This document shows, in pieces, positions 30,401 through 39,407 of a stretch of DNA of 64,000 nt. The translations under genes and the position numbers were made by a program. Every line of letters begins with the position of its first letter. Position 1 is the first letter of the stretch. The notes beneath the pieces are model-generated. The model was not told where the DNA came from, did no database searches, and was given only the letters and a program-made list of their open reading frames with translations. Origin of the DNA: an uncultured bacterium (lineage in GTDB: Bacteria; Oederibacteriota; JAAXVQ01; JAUVAV01); NCBI GenBank assembly GCA_963710755.1, contig CAVQBK010000003.1:416001-480000 (forward strand), given 5' to 3'.

Positions 30401-32276
30401 ACCCATCAACCGCGGTCTCAACTGGAATAACCTGGGCCAGAGTCTGGCCATGCTCTGGAAAAGTTTCTGGCTCCATCTGGGCCGGTTTGAATTCATCTGG
30501 AATCCCACCCGTCTGATTAAAGGTACCATCAATGAAATGCCCTGGTTCTCTTTTCTCTATGGGGATTTGCACGCCCATATCATTGCCATTCCTTACTCCC
30601 TGCCTTTAATCGGCTGGGCAGCCAACCTGCTGACACCGGTAAGCAAAACCAACACCGTGTTGCCCGAAGTCAGCGGCCGCACCGGCACGGAGCGGGGCTT
30701 GTCTTTCTTTGTCACCGCCCTGACCCTGGGGGCCTTATCGGCCATCAATACCTGGAATTTTCCACCCTATGCCTTGCTGGTGCTGGCCGTGCTGATCGTC
30801 CAGGCACTGCAAGACTATAAGGGCGGTCCCTTGCCCTGGCGGGCCTTGGGCAAGGCGGTTTTAGGATGGCTCAGACTGGTGGTGGGCGGCCTGGTGTTGC
30901 TGCTTTACTTCCACATTCATTTTAAACCCCAATCCACCAGCCTGGCCTTGGTCAATCCTGCGGTCCGAACCCATCTCAAGGAATTTATGATCTTCTTCAG
31001 CCTGCCGCTGTTTTTGTTGATCAGTTTCACTGCCCAACACTTGGTGAGCAGCGGTCGGGCTTTGTTAAGCACACTGGGCTGGAAACCACGGTCCCGCAAA
31101 CCGTGGTGGCAAAAAGTGGTGGCTATACTCAACACCTTTTGGGCCAAATACCCCGTGGCGGTTTATATTATCTTGGCGGCCTTGCTGGGGGCCGGACTGC
31201 TGCTCTTGTTTAATCAAGTCACGTTGGTGGTGCTGGGCTTGTTGGTCCTGGCTCTGATCTATGTGCTGGTCTGGAAGCCCTTGGCCCCGGGCCTGCGCCT
31301 GGCCATGATCATGGCGATGCTTGGTTTCTTAATTGTGCTGGGCTGTGAGATTGTACACGTGCGCGATTTCATGGGGGTTGGCGGTGACATGAGCCGCATG
31401 AATACGGTGTTTAAATTTTATATGGTCGTGTGGATCTATCTGGCGCTGGCGGCCGGGGCTGTGGCGCACCATCTTCTGGAAGGCAGCAGCCAGGTCTTGG
31501 CTTCCTGGCGGAAAGTGTTTGTGCAACAACAATGGCTGCCCTGGCTGGGGTACCTCTTGGGCCTGTTCGTGCTTGCGGCCATGGCCAACTACCAACAGGA
31601 AAATACCGGCACGCCTTGGCTAACGTGGCTGCTGTTTTCAGCTCTGATCCTGCTGCCGCTGGTCTGGGCCATCCGGCCGGAGCTGGCACAACTGCGCAGG
31701 CTGTGGATGGCCGTGCTGGGTTTTGTGTTGATCACCGTGGCCCTTTATCCGCCTATTGCGCTCTACAACCGCATGCACCTGTGCTCCAATTTCGAGCATC
31801 CTACCCTAAACGGTGTGGCTTACCTGGAGCGCCTGCTGCCCAAGGAAGCCAAAGCCTTGCGCTGGATCGACGAGCACGTGGACCGCATGGCCATTATTTT
31901 GGAAGCTCCCGGTAAACGGGGATATAACTGTTTTGATACGCGCATTGCCATCTTTACCGGCCATCCGTCCCTGATTGGGTGGGTGGGGCAGGAAGAACAA
32001 ATGCGCTACAACGGGTTATTGACCGGCAGCCGCACCGAGGATGCAGATCGCATCTACAGGACGCTTAGTATCAAGGAAGCCCAAGCCCTATTGAGACGCT
32101 ACCATGTTGGCTATGTTTTCGTGGGTCTCAACGAACAGGCCGCCTATCCCCGGGCCGGACTGGAAAAATTGGGACGGTTCATGGATCTGGTCTATGATCA
32201 GGACGGGATCAAAATTTATCAAATGCGACAATACGCAGAGGAGGATACACAAGATGGTGAAACCAAAACAAAATGA
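27465..32276 (+). CDS. Large membrane protein: Lys/Ala-rich N-tail + PMT-like GT-C domain + DUF2298 (YYY) domain
   Basis: FHPDER, GRMLSA.FD, AHFFVVD (PMT_2-like); PPYDPWLSG..INYYYYG, INEMPWFSFLYGDLHAH, RMNTVFKFY (DUF2298); many TM helices. Confidence 0.85.
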   Translation: MSPKKTTSKTGSASSKKTKAVKKAVRGGAKKTVRPAAAKPSRPQPKKAVKKTAVKKAAAKKAIARKTTVKKTRVRMVSPSRFHQALGSWWQRLKAQMAGLYQREPETIWLAGLMLVAAGLRFIQPDWYMARQFHPDERWIVGVVSQLSYPQEPAGLQYGTFPMYLLALIKDLVATAAGWFGHFDVNRFTIWAGRMLSACFDLGTIVFTYLIGRRLRPGQLGRQIGLMAAALLTFTVLNIQMAHFFVVDVPLGLLATATLYWSILIAQEGRRRDYVLAGLMIGLALATKTSAFPLVAAVGMGHLLGLNQSPVSDRVRRWQELGLAVGVSLVTFFIAMPYAFLDWSKFWSNQQEQQRILVTGKADVPYNRQYLHTTAYLYYFRNLIRYTQGWSLGLLSVLAILLVPLAGIIQSARLLMSKQVKAWRRWLNRESVLLVLMAFAILYFAIVGHAFAKFNRYMLPLTPIFSLIVAWVLMQAYHGLRVHWQRRLGQVVLVMVLANTILWALAFVSIYQQEHPWIAASRWIQTHVPEKTMKNGIPFPTAILNEEWGDDLPTYVPGLAHTRHYAMNKFAVQEPDTPAKRQAILAMLQKNDLIVMADTRAHAVYRRLPERYPINAAYYQLMFEGRLGFHLAAEFTDYPRLFGHEFSDDDSDESFTLYDHPHVYLFARDRTTLSARELASRLDKRIVLIKAQGQHPRAPVKTVPKLKHWNMTKKEPMPTVINNNIDQPEVRPVFLLGRINSFKAGLMWVLLMEVIGLLTLPLCLSLFPRLPDAGAALSKIIGSLILGWTIWMLVSLGVIPHVQAASFLVLVVLGAISLTWAWKRKLEIETFFREKGRLWLLMELIFLLAFVGYMVTKLYNPDINNPTGQGYNGGGEPMGISFFSAVYQSLHFPPYDPWLSGYHINYYYYGQLILGILAKLAGVPPVWSYQIVISLLFALTFTGVFGLGLALTGKKRWGLFSAVAAAMLGNMHTYFYMLEPINRGLNWNNLGQSLAMLWKSFWLHLGRFEFIWNPTRLIKGTINEMPWFSFLYGDLHAHIIAIPYSLPLIGWAANLLTPVSKTNTVLPEVSGRTGTERGLSFFVTALTLGALSAINTWNFPPYALLVLAVLIVQALQDYKGGPLPWRALGKAVLGWLRLVVGGLVLLLYFHIHFKPQSTSLALVNPAVRTHLKEFMIFFSLPLFLLISFTAQHLVSSGRALLSTLGWKPRSRKPWWQKVVAILNTFWAKYPVAVYIILAALLGAGLLLLFNQVTLVVLGLLVLALIYVLVWKPLAPGLRLAMIMAMLGFLIVLGCEIVHVRDFMGVGGDMSRMNTVFKFYMVVWIYLALAAGAVAHHLLEGSSQVLASWRKVFVQQQWLPWLGYLLGLFVLAAMANYQQENTGTPWLTWLLFSALILLPLVWAIRPELAQLRRLWMAVLGFVLITVALYPPIALYNRMHLCSNFEHPTLNGVAYLERLLPKEAKALRWIDEHVDRMAIILEAPGKRGYNCFDTRIAIFTGHPSLIGWVGQEEQMRYNGLLTGSRTEDADRIYRTLSIKEAQALLRRYHVGYVFVGLNEQAAYPRAGLEKLGRFMDLVYDQDGIKIYQMRQYAEEDTQDGETKTK

Positions 32277-32574
32277 CGAGGACAAACAAGGCGTGCAGCT
32301 ACAGGTGGAAGTGGATGATCAGGTAGCCCAGGGCGCTTATTCCAATCTGGCCCTGGTGGCCCATAATGCCACAGAGTTCGTGCTGGATTTTATTTTTGTC
32401 CAACCCCAGCAGCCCAAGGCTAAGGTCCGGGCCAGGATTATCAGTTCCCCGGGACATACCAAACGTTTTTTACGGGCCTTGGCGGAAAACGTCAATCGCT
32501 TTGAGCAGACCTTCGGAGAGATCAAGGAAGTCTCCGCCGGTCCTATTGATGAGAATCAAATCAAGTTGCATTAA
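32254..32574 (+). CDS. DUF3467-family protein
   Basis: GAYSNLA...H...EFVLDF...ARII.SP.H.KR...AL..N...FE..FGEI; RBS before ATG 32254. Confidence 0.85.
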   Translation: MVKPKQNDEDKQGVQLQVEVDDQVAQGAYSNLALVAHNATEFVLDFIFVQPQQPKAKVRARIISSPGHTKRFLRALAENVNRFEQTFGEIKEVSAGPIDENQIKLH

Positions 32575-32751
32575 TACGTTCCTACGAATTCCCCGCATTT
32601 CAGGGACTGTATGGTCATGTGCTTTTTTGATTGCCATCCCGTTACGCTTTAACGTGGGATTCAGAAAAGTCTTTGAAATCAAATCTTCTTTTAAGAAACT
32701 TCCTTTGGATTCCGGTTAAACCCATATCAGAAGGTCGGTTTTTTTAAGATC

Positions 32752-32895
32752 GTCATTCGGGCATGATATTAGCCGGAGTCCAGAAGAGATAAACGTTTTT
32801 TACCATTTACCCCAGCCGCTGTTCAGCTGGGTGAAGTTCTGGCTACCGGTCCAGCCTGTGCTGGGTCTTTGACTTTGGTCGGGCGCCGGTAATGA
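32752..32895. repeat. Bipartite REP/BIME-like element (GTCAT-CCGG family)
   Basis: Left arm 32752-32781 matches the reverse complement of 57186-57215 at 26/30; right arm 32839-32895 resembles the reverse complement of 14605-14660. Confidence 0.7.
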
Positions 32896-33042
32896 AAAAA
32901 CCGGTACGAGACCTCTCTCCGTGAGGCGTTTCAGCGCCCAGCCTCAACCCTATTCAGTCTCTGAGGTTCCTGGACGATACTAAAGTCAGCACCAGGAAAA
33001 TTATCCAGGTGTCTGCAAGTAGATTATCAGGAGCCGCGATTC

Positions 33043-33585
33043 ATGAGTTCAGACGATTGGGAAAAATCAAAAGAGCATGACGAAGAAGAATTGCGCCAAA
33101 TTCTACAGGCTCAAAATGCCTACTTCATGGATAAAGTCTTTGCCGCCATCGTGCTGGTCAAACAAGGACAAACCCATGAGGCCATTCTGCCGGTGTTGCT
33201 GGAAGCTTTAACCGCCATTGATCAGGACATGCGCAGTGCCGCCGCCCTGACCCTGGGCAAGCTGGGTGTGGAAAGTTGCGAAGCTGTGCCCCATTTGATT
33301 AAAGCTCTGAAAAAAGAAGATCACCAGGAAGTGCGTTATTCCCTGGCCCTGGCGCTGGCCAGTATTGGCGCACCGGCTGTGGAAGCGGTACCTGCCTTGA
33401 TCCCCCTTACCCAGGACGATCACCTGATGGTACAATATGCCGCCATCCTGGCCCTGGGCCAGATAGGAGCTGACGCTGAAGCAGCCCGTACCACGCTGCA
33501 AGCCTTGACAGCCCATGACAACAGCCTCATCCGTCATTATGCCCGCCAAGCTTTGGCCGCGATTCAAAGCCTCCCGACGGTCTAA
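33043..33585 (+). CDS. HEAT/PBS-lyase repeat protein
   Basis: Repeats of R..AA..LG.LG.....AVP.L..AL. Confidence 0.85.
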   Translation: MSSDDWEKSKEHDEEELRQILQAQNAYFMDKVFAAIVLVKQGQTHEAILPVLLEALTAIDQDMRSAAALTLGKLGVESCEAVPHLIKALKKEDHQEVRYSLALALASIGAPAVEAVPALIPLTQDDHLMVQYAAILALGQIGADAEAARTTLQALTAHDNSLIRHYARQALAAIQSLPTV

Positions 33586-33651
33586 GCCTGATTCTGCCAG
33601 TTGTTTCTCAGCCCTAAAAAAATACTCCTCCAACAAAAAAAGCTTGCGTAA

Positions 33652-33671
33652 ATATAAGAATATGCTAATGT
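33652..33671 (+). promoter_or_regulatory. Second copy of the putative ArsR operator
   Basis: ATATAAGAATATGCTAATGT, 17/20 identical to 22757-22776; preceded by TTGCGT. Confidence 0.6.
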
Positions 33672-33699
33672 ATTAATACTTAGGTTTGGAGGTTAAGCT

Positions 33700-33897
33700 A
33701 TGAGCATAGAAGTCAACCATAAGCGCTGTCCGCAGAATCATCTTTGTCCGGCAGTGCAAGTCTGTCCGGTCAATGCCATTACCCAGGAAGGCTATGCCGC
33801 GCCCAAGGTGGATCAGGAAAAATGCATTGATTGCGGCGCCTGCGCCCGTTTTTGCCCCTTGGGGGCGCTCACCTTTGCCAATCCCATCTTGTCCTGA
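33700..33897 (+). CDS. Small 4Fe-4S binding protein (ferredoxin-like)
   Basis: CPQNHLC...VCP and CIDCGACARFCP; GGAGG RBS. Confidence 0.9.
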   Translation: MSIEVNHKRCPQNHLCPAVQVCPVNAITQEGYAAPKVDQEKCIDCGACARFCPLGALTFANPILS

Positions 33898-34044
33898 TCG
33901 CCGCCCGCCGCGGCCTGCGCCGCGCGAACACAGGCTATTTGCTTCCGGCGATTGACAGACAAAATCGCCTTTGTTACTATTTCTCTCAAATCTTAAATAG
34001 TTCTGGCTGCGAATGGATGTTGGTCCTGTCTATAAACCATTAGC

Positions 34045-34072
34045 GTAGGGAACAGGTAGGCCTGTTCCCTAT
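34045..34072. repeat. GTAG-type REP palindrome
   Basis: TAGGGAACAGG-TAGG-CCTGTTCCCTA, perfect 11-bp stem. Confidence 0.7.
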
Positions 34073-34157
34073 AGGGGACCAGTTCCCTGAAGGTCGTTCA
34101 ACCCAGCTGGCCTTTTATAGCAGCAGAAACAAAATAATGATCTTGGAGGTAAGTCCC

Positions 34158-36092
34158 ATGACCGAATCATCGGCCGTTAAAAAAGAAACCCATGTGTTTA
34201 AAACGGAGGTTAATCAGCTGCTGGACCTGGTGGTCCATTCGCTCTATTCCCATAAAGATATCTTTTTGCGGGAGCTGATTTCCAATGCTTCCGATGCCAT
34301 TGACAAACGGCGCTACCAGTCGCTGACCGATCCAACCCTGGCCCTGGAGGAGGGAGACTGGAAAATCAAGCTGGTGCCGAACAAAACGGCCGGTACCCTC
34401 ACCGTTCAGGACAATGGCATCGGCATGAGCCACGAGGACCTGATCACTCATATCGGCACTATCGCCAAATCGGGCACCAAGGAATTTTTAAGCCAGCTTA
34501 AGGAAAAGCAGGACAACATGAATCTTATTGGCCAGTTTGGTGTGGGTTTCTATTCCGCCTTCATGGTGGCCGATAAGGTGGAGGTAATCACCAAGGCCGG
34601 CGAGGACCAGGCCTATCGCTGGAGCTCGGACGGCAAGGGCGGCTTTGAGATCGAAGAAGCCTCCAAAGATCAGCGCGGCACGGATGTGATTTTGACCCTC
34701 AAGGAGGACTGCAAAAATTATCTGGAGGAGTGGGAGCTGCGCCAGCTGGTCAAGAAATACTCGGACTTTGTGGAGTTTCCCATCACCATGGACATTGAGC
34801 GCGAAGAGGTGCCCCGTGATGACCAAGGCAAGCCCAAAGAAGGGGCCGAACCGGTCAAGACGGTAACCGAGGAAACCCTTAATTCCCGTCAAGCCATCTG
34901 GGCCAAAGCCAAGCAGGATATCACGGAAGAAGAGCACAAGGAATTTTACCAGCATGTGTCCCATGACTTTGACGCGCCTCTGGAAACCATCCATTACCGC
35001 GCTGAAGGCACCACGGAATTCAAGGCCCTGTTGTATATTCCCAGCCATGCACCCTTTGACCTCTTTCTGCAGGAAGGCCACAAGGGCGTGCATTTGTACA
35101 TCAACCGAGTCTTTATCATGAGCGATGCCAAGACTATCATTCCCCAGTACCTGCGCTTTGTGCGCGGGGTGGTGGATGCCTCCGATCTGCCGCTCAATGT
35201 CTCCCGAGAAATTCTCCAGCAAAATGCGCAGCTGGAAAAGATCAAAAAGAACATTGTCAATAAAGTACTCTCCACCCTTAAGACCATGAAGGAAAAAGAC
35301 TACGATAAATATCTTAAATTTTACCAGGCCTTCGGCACGGTCCTTAAAGAAGGCATTCATTATGATCATGACCATAAGGAGAAAATCGCGGAACTGCTGC
35401 TGTTTGAATCCACCAAGCAGGAGGCCGGACAATACCGCAGTCTTGATCAGTATGTGCTGGATATGCCGGAAGCGCAGAAGAATATTTATTATATTATCTC
35501 CGAGAGCCGCAAAAGCGCCCTGGCCTCGCCGCATCTGGAAATATTCAGGAGCAAGCAGCAGGAAGTGCTGATCATGACCGAGACTATTGATGAAGTGGTG
35601 GTGCAGGGCCTGGTGACCTACAAAGACAAAACGCTCAAGTCCGTGGAACGGGGCGATCTGGAGCTGGATGATCAGGAAAAAGCCAAGGTCGAGGAAGAAC
35701 AGCAGAAAGCCAAGGAAACATACAAAGACCTGCTGGGCCGTATGCAGGAACAACTGAAAGACGATATCAAGGAAGTGCGCTTTTCCAAACGCCTCACCGA
35801 CAGCCCGGCCTGCCTGGTGGTGGACGAAATGGGCATGAGCAAGCAGATGGAGCAGCTCTTCAAGGCCATGGGCCAGGAGATTCCACCTCAGAAATATATT
35901 CTCGAGCTTAACCCTAATCATCCGCTGATCGAAAAAATGAACAGCCAGCTGGGCAAGGAGGAAAGCGGCTCCAAGCTGGCTGATTACATCGGTCTGGTTT
36001 ATGATCAGGCCCTGCTGACCGCAGGCTACAAGCTTAAGGATCCCCAGGCCTTTGCCAGGCGCATGACCGAATTGATGGTGCAGGCGGGGTAA
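34158..36092 (+). CDS. htpG: Molecular chaperone HtpG (Hsp90)
   Basis: SLYSHKDIFLRELISNASDA, DNGIGM, IGQFGVGFYSAF, LPLNVSRE. Confidence 0.97.
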   Translation: MTESSAVKKETHVFKTEVNQLLDLVVHSLYSHKDIFLRELISNASDAIDKRRYQSLTDPTLALEEGDWKIKLVPNKTAGTLTVQDNGIGMSHEDLITHIGTIAKSGTKEFLSQLKEKQDNMNLIGQFGVGFYSAFMVADKVEVITKAGEDQAYRWSSDGKGGFEIEEASKDQRGTDVILTLKEDCKNYLEEWELRQLVKKYSDFVEFPITMDIEREEVPRDDQGKPKEGAEPVKTVTEETLNSRQAIWAKAKQDITEEEHKEFYQHVSHDFDAPLETIHYRAEGTTEFKALLYIPSHAPFDLFLQEGHKGVHLYINRVFIMSDAKTIIPQYLRFVRGVVDASDLPLNVSREILQQNAQLEKIKKNIVNKVLSTLKTMKEKDYDKYLKFYQAFGTVLKEGIHYDHDHKEKIAELLLFESTKQEAGQYRSLDQYVLDMPEAQKNIYYIISESRKSALASPHLEIFRSKQQEVLIMTETIDEVVVQGLVTYKDKTLKSVERGDLELDDQEKAKVEEEQQKAKETYKDLLGRMQEQLKDDIKEVRFSKRLTDSPACLVVDEMGMSKQMEQLFKAMGQEIPPQKYILELNPNHPLIEKMNSQLGKEESGSKLADYIGLVYDQALLTAGYKLKDPQAFARRMTELMVQAG

Positions 36093-36108
36093 AACTTGGC
36101 CGGGGCTT

Positions 36109-36142
36109 AAAAAAAGACAACCTTTTGGGGTTGTCTTTTTTT
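36109..36142. terminator. Bidirectional intrinsic terminator
   Basis: A-run, GACAACC-loop-GGTTGTC hairpin, T-run between convergent htpG and U32 genes. Confidence 0.85.
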
Positions 36143-36155
36143 ACATTCGCCTAAA

Positions 36156-37397
36156 TCACACTTTTTTCATCACATAAAGCTTATCGCTCAGCCGAAGGGG
36201 AGCAGGAACAGTGATGGTGGCTTCCTCGCCTTTCTTGGCTACCGCGGCTTCACGCTCGTTGACGCGCAGGCTGCTGAGCTTAAAGCGCAGCACGCCCGTG
36301 GTGGGTCCGATGACCAGGCAATCATCACCTAAGGCCAGATCACAGGCCTCCAACAAAAGATGGGCAACCTTAGCCTGGGGATAATAATTGAGCACTTTGG
36401 CGCAGTACTGTTTGCGGTGGGTAGCCTGGGAGCCGTAATGGCCGGCCCACTGATCGGGGTTGTACCCCAAATAAAAACCGTCCGAAAAGCCGCGATGGTA
36501 AACCTGGCTGACCTGGGCCATCAATTTATCTTTAAGCGCTTGCGTATACTGATCTCTGGCAATAGCTTCCAGCGCCTCGCGATAAGCCGCCACCACGGTG
36601 GCCACGTATTCCGGGGAACGGGTACGGCCTTCAATCTTCAGGGCCGCGGGGCCGCTGGCCACCAATTGATCTAAAAAGGGCAGGGTGTTTAAATCGCGGG
36701 GACTCATGACGTGGTGGTTGTCAATGATCAGTTCTTTCCCAGTTTCCTCATCAATCACGCGATAACTGCGACGGCAGGGCTGAATACATTCACCACGGTT
36801 GGCGGAGCGGTTGTAATGATACAGGGACATGGCACAGCGGCCGGACACGGCCACGCACATGGCGCCATGGGCAAAAAGTTCAATCTCCACCAGACGTCTC
36901 CGAGGTCCTCGCAGGTCCTGTTCTTTAATTCCATGGATGATGGCCTTGATCTGTTCTAAGGTCAGCTCCCGGGCCAGCACGATCCGGTCCACCCATTGAC
37001 TGTAAAAGCGTACCGCTTCCAGATTGGATACCGAAGCCTGAGTGGAAAGATGGGCTTCCAGCTGAAGATCGCGGCACAAAGTCAAGGCCGCCATGTCCGC
37101 CACAATAACCGCATCCACGCCAATGCGTTTGGCACGCGCCAGCAGGGCTTTAGCCTGAGCCAGTTCGTCATCATAGATGATGGTGTTGAGGGTCATATAG
37201 GCGTGACATTGGTATTCTTTGGCCCGGGCGACCACCTCTTCCAATTCTTCAGGTGAGAAATTGGTCGCATTTTGCATGCGCATGTTAAGCGGACCAACGC
37301 CAAAATAAACAGCATCTGCGCCGGCTTGCAAGGCTGCCTGCAGTGAGGCCATACTGCCAACAGGCGCTAATAATGTTGGTAAAGGGTGAGCAATCAT
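36156..37397 (-). CDS. U32-family peptidase-like Fe-S protein (TrhP/RlhA-like)
   Basis: AGADAVYFG, HLSTQ, LARELTL, HGAMCVAVSGRC, NRGECIQPCR, KIEGR. Confidence 0.92.
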   Translation of the reverse strand: MIAHPLPTLLAPVGSMASLQAALQAGADAVYFGVGPLNMRMQNATNFSPEELEEVVARAKEYQCHAYMTLNTIIYDDELAQAKALLARAKRIGVDAVIVADMAALTLCRDLQLEAHLSTQASVSNLEAVRFYSQWVDRIVLARELTLEQIKAIIHGIKEQDLRGPRRRLVEIELFAHGAMCVAVSGRCAMSLYHYNRSANRGECIQPCRRSYRVIDEETGKELIIDNHHVMSPRDLNTLPFLDQLVASGPAALKIEGRTRSPEYVATVVAAYREALEAIARDQYTQALKDKLMAQVSQVYHRGFSDGFYLGYNPDQWAGHYGSQATHRKQYCAKVLNYYPQAKVAHLLLEACDLALGDDCLVIGPTTGVLRFKLSSLRVNEREAAVAKKGEEATITVPAPLRLSDKLYVMKKV

Positions 37398-37681
37398 GGC
37401 GGCATTATACTGAAAAAGCCGGACTTGGTCAAAAACCGACACCATTAATTTTCATTTAGATCTTCCAAGTTAGGTTGTGTCAAATTGGCACTTTTTACCA
37501 AGGCAGCGAAGATGTCTGCAGACACGCTTTGATATAATGTCTTTTCCCGCTGCGGATGAAGACCTTTTTTCTTTTATAGAGAATACGTCATTAGCAAGGC
37601 TAAAAACCAGAGCGTTGAGACCTAAAAGCAAAACGGCCTTGAATTAACTCCTCCCTGATTCACACCGATCCTAGATAGAGG

Positions 37682-37716
37682 AAAAAAATGGAACCCATCT
37701 GGCGGCTAGTTAAACT
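37682..37716 (+). promoter_or_regulatory. Putative ECF-sigma autoregulatory promoter
   Basis: A-tract+TGGAACC...TAGTTAAACT; similar motif at 42431-42465. Confidence 0.5.
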
Positions 37717-37766
37717 ATTTTCATGTCAAGAAAGCGCTGGATGGAACAGGGGACGATAACGATATA

Positions 37767-38375
37767 ATGGAACCTCAGGGGATGGTTTTTAGCACTATAG
37801 GGGCGGGACTAAGTGACGACCAACTGATTGATCTGGTGTTGGATGGCCAGGAGCAAGCCTTCAATCAATTGGTTCACAAGTATCAAGGACGGATTTACAA
37901 TTATGCTTTTTATTTACTTCACAGTCCCGACGAGGCGCAAGACGTGACCCAGGAAACATTTATTCGAGCCTACATGAACTTAAGCAAGTTCAGGCGGGAA
38001 GCCAGTTTAATAACCTGGCTTTACCGCATTGCGGCCAATACAGCCTATCAGGCCATGAGAAAACTGGTGAAACACCGGAGGATAAAAGAAAAAGCGGTTC
38101 AGGAGCAGCCACGCGATCCAGCCAACACGGTGACACCGGAAGACCATTTTAGGACCAGTGAAGCCCAACGCCACCTTCTGGGAGCGCTGGATAAATTAAG
38201 ACCCAAGCATAAACAGGTCTTGATTTTAAAGGAGCTGCAAGGGCTGGATGTGTTGGAAGTAGCCAAAATCTGCGGTGTGCCGGAGGGAACCATCAAATCC
38301 AGACTCAACCGTGCACGTCTGGAATTACGCCGCCAACTGGTTCGCGGTGCCGGCAAAGGAGGGGGGCAATCATGA
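37767..38375 (+). CDS. ECF-family RNA polymerase sigma factor
   Basis: AQDVTQETFIRAY, TWLYRIAAN, PEGTIKSRLNRAR. Confidence 0.95.
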   Translation: MEPQGMVFSTIGAGLSDDQLIDLVLDGQEQAFNQLVHKYQGRIYNYAFYLLHSPDEAQDVTQETFIRAYMNLSKFRREASLITWLYRIAANTAYQAMRKLVKHRRIKEKAVQEQPRDPANTVTPEDHFRTSEAQRHLLGALDKLRPKHKQVLILKELQGLDVLEVAKICGVPEGTIKSRLNRARLELRRQLVRGAGKGGGQS

Positions 38376-39391
38376 GCTGTCCCACTTACCGCCGTTTGAC
38401 AACCCATTATTACAGTATGACCGATACTCCGAAAAAGCGGCGGCAGCTGGAAGCCCACAGTCAAAGGTGTCCATCCTGCCAGCGGCTGTTGCACCAGCAG
38501 AAGGAATTGAGTCAACGCTTGACGGCTCTACCGGAGGTGCTACCTGCGAAGCCAGTGTTGCCATCCATTTGGCAGGGTATTGAGGCTAGAAAACAGGCTG
38601 CCTCTTCGAGAGCTTTTCAGCGGCTGTATGCGCCCTGGGCCTGGGGTTTGGCGGCTACTGCTGTTCTAGCCATAGTTCTCATGATGCCCCTGTTGCTGCA
38701 GCATAAAGCTCATCAGGCTCAAGGCCTCAAGGTAGCCAAACAAATCGTCGGGCCGGACATAACCAGGTCCAACGCTGATCAGCAAGCCCCCTTGTCCGTG
38801 GTGATTGCACGGCAACAGGCGGAAGTCGAACGCCATCAAAATCAACCTGCTTCTGAACGAAAATTAAATCGTCGTCAAGAGCACCAGGTGGCCATAATTC
38901 CGGACAATAATAAAAATCCAAATGTTCCTGCGCAAACCAGCCAACCGCCAAGGCAACATCTGGCCAAGAACCATGAGCAAACGCATGTGCACGACCAGAA
39001 CTCTCTAAAAAACGGCAGCATCATGCTCGATCAGTACCAAGGCAGCCGGGTGCTCAGCGCCCAACAACCAGGCTCTCGACAGGTTATGGAAACAACATCC
39101 AGCCAGGAAGGGTTTCGGTTGTTTAATAATATGCTTAATCTCAATAAGGGGGGAACCACGCGCATTACCTTGGTGCTTCAAGAAAGTCTGGAGGTCAAGG
39201 TGACCATTTACAGCCGCAGCGGCCGCGTGGTAAAACCATTGGCGGATGAACACCTTGGGGCCGGCCAGTATGAGTGGCAGTGGAACGGTACGACCAGCAG
39301 CGGCAGTCAGGCGGCCAGCGGAATTTACTTTATGGTCTGCCAACTGCAAGGCCACAAGCCGGTTACCTATAAGGTGATGGTGGTTAAATAA
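38372..39391 (+). CDS. Zinc-binding anti-sigma factor with TM helix and C-terminal FlgD-Ig/T9SS-CTD-like domain
   Basis: HSQRCPSC (HxxxCxxC); TM WAWGLAATAVLAIVLMMPLLL; tail IYSRSGRVV..L...WNG....G....SGIY; ATGA overlap with the sigma gene. Confidence 0.85.
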   Translation: MSCPTYRRLTTHYYSMTDTPKKRRQLEAHSQRCPSCQRLLHQQKELSQRLTALPEVLPAKPVLPSIWQGIEARKQAASSRAFQRLYAPWAWGLAATAVLAIVLMMPLLLQHKAHQAQGLKVAKQIVGPDITRSNADQQAPLSVVIARQQAEVERHQNQPASERKLNRRQEHQVAIIPDNNKNPNVPAQTSQPPRQHLAKNHEQTHVHDQNSLKNGSIMLDQYQGSRVLSAQQPGSRQVMETTSSQEGFRLFNNMLNLNKGGTTRITLVLQESLEVKVTIYSRSGRVVKPLADEHLGAGQYEWQWNGTTSSGSQAASGIYFMVCQLQGHKPVTYKVMVVK

Positions 39392-39407
39392 ATTGGGGAG
39401 CAGGCAC

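Noticed and set aside
34488-35921. 477-aa ORF antisense to htpG
   Set aside because: Shadow frame of a conserved, codon-biased chaperone gene; no RBS or recognisable motifs.
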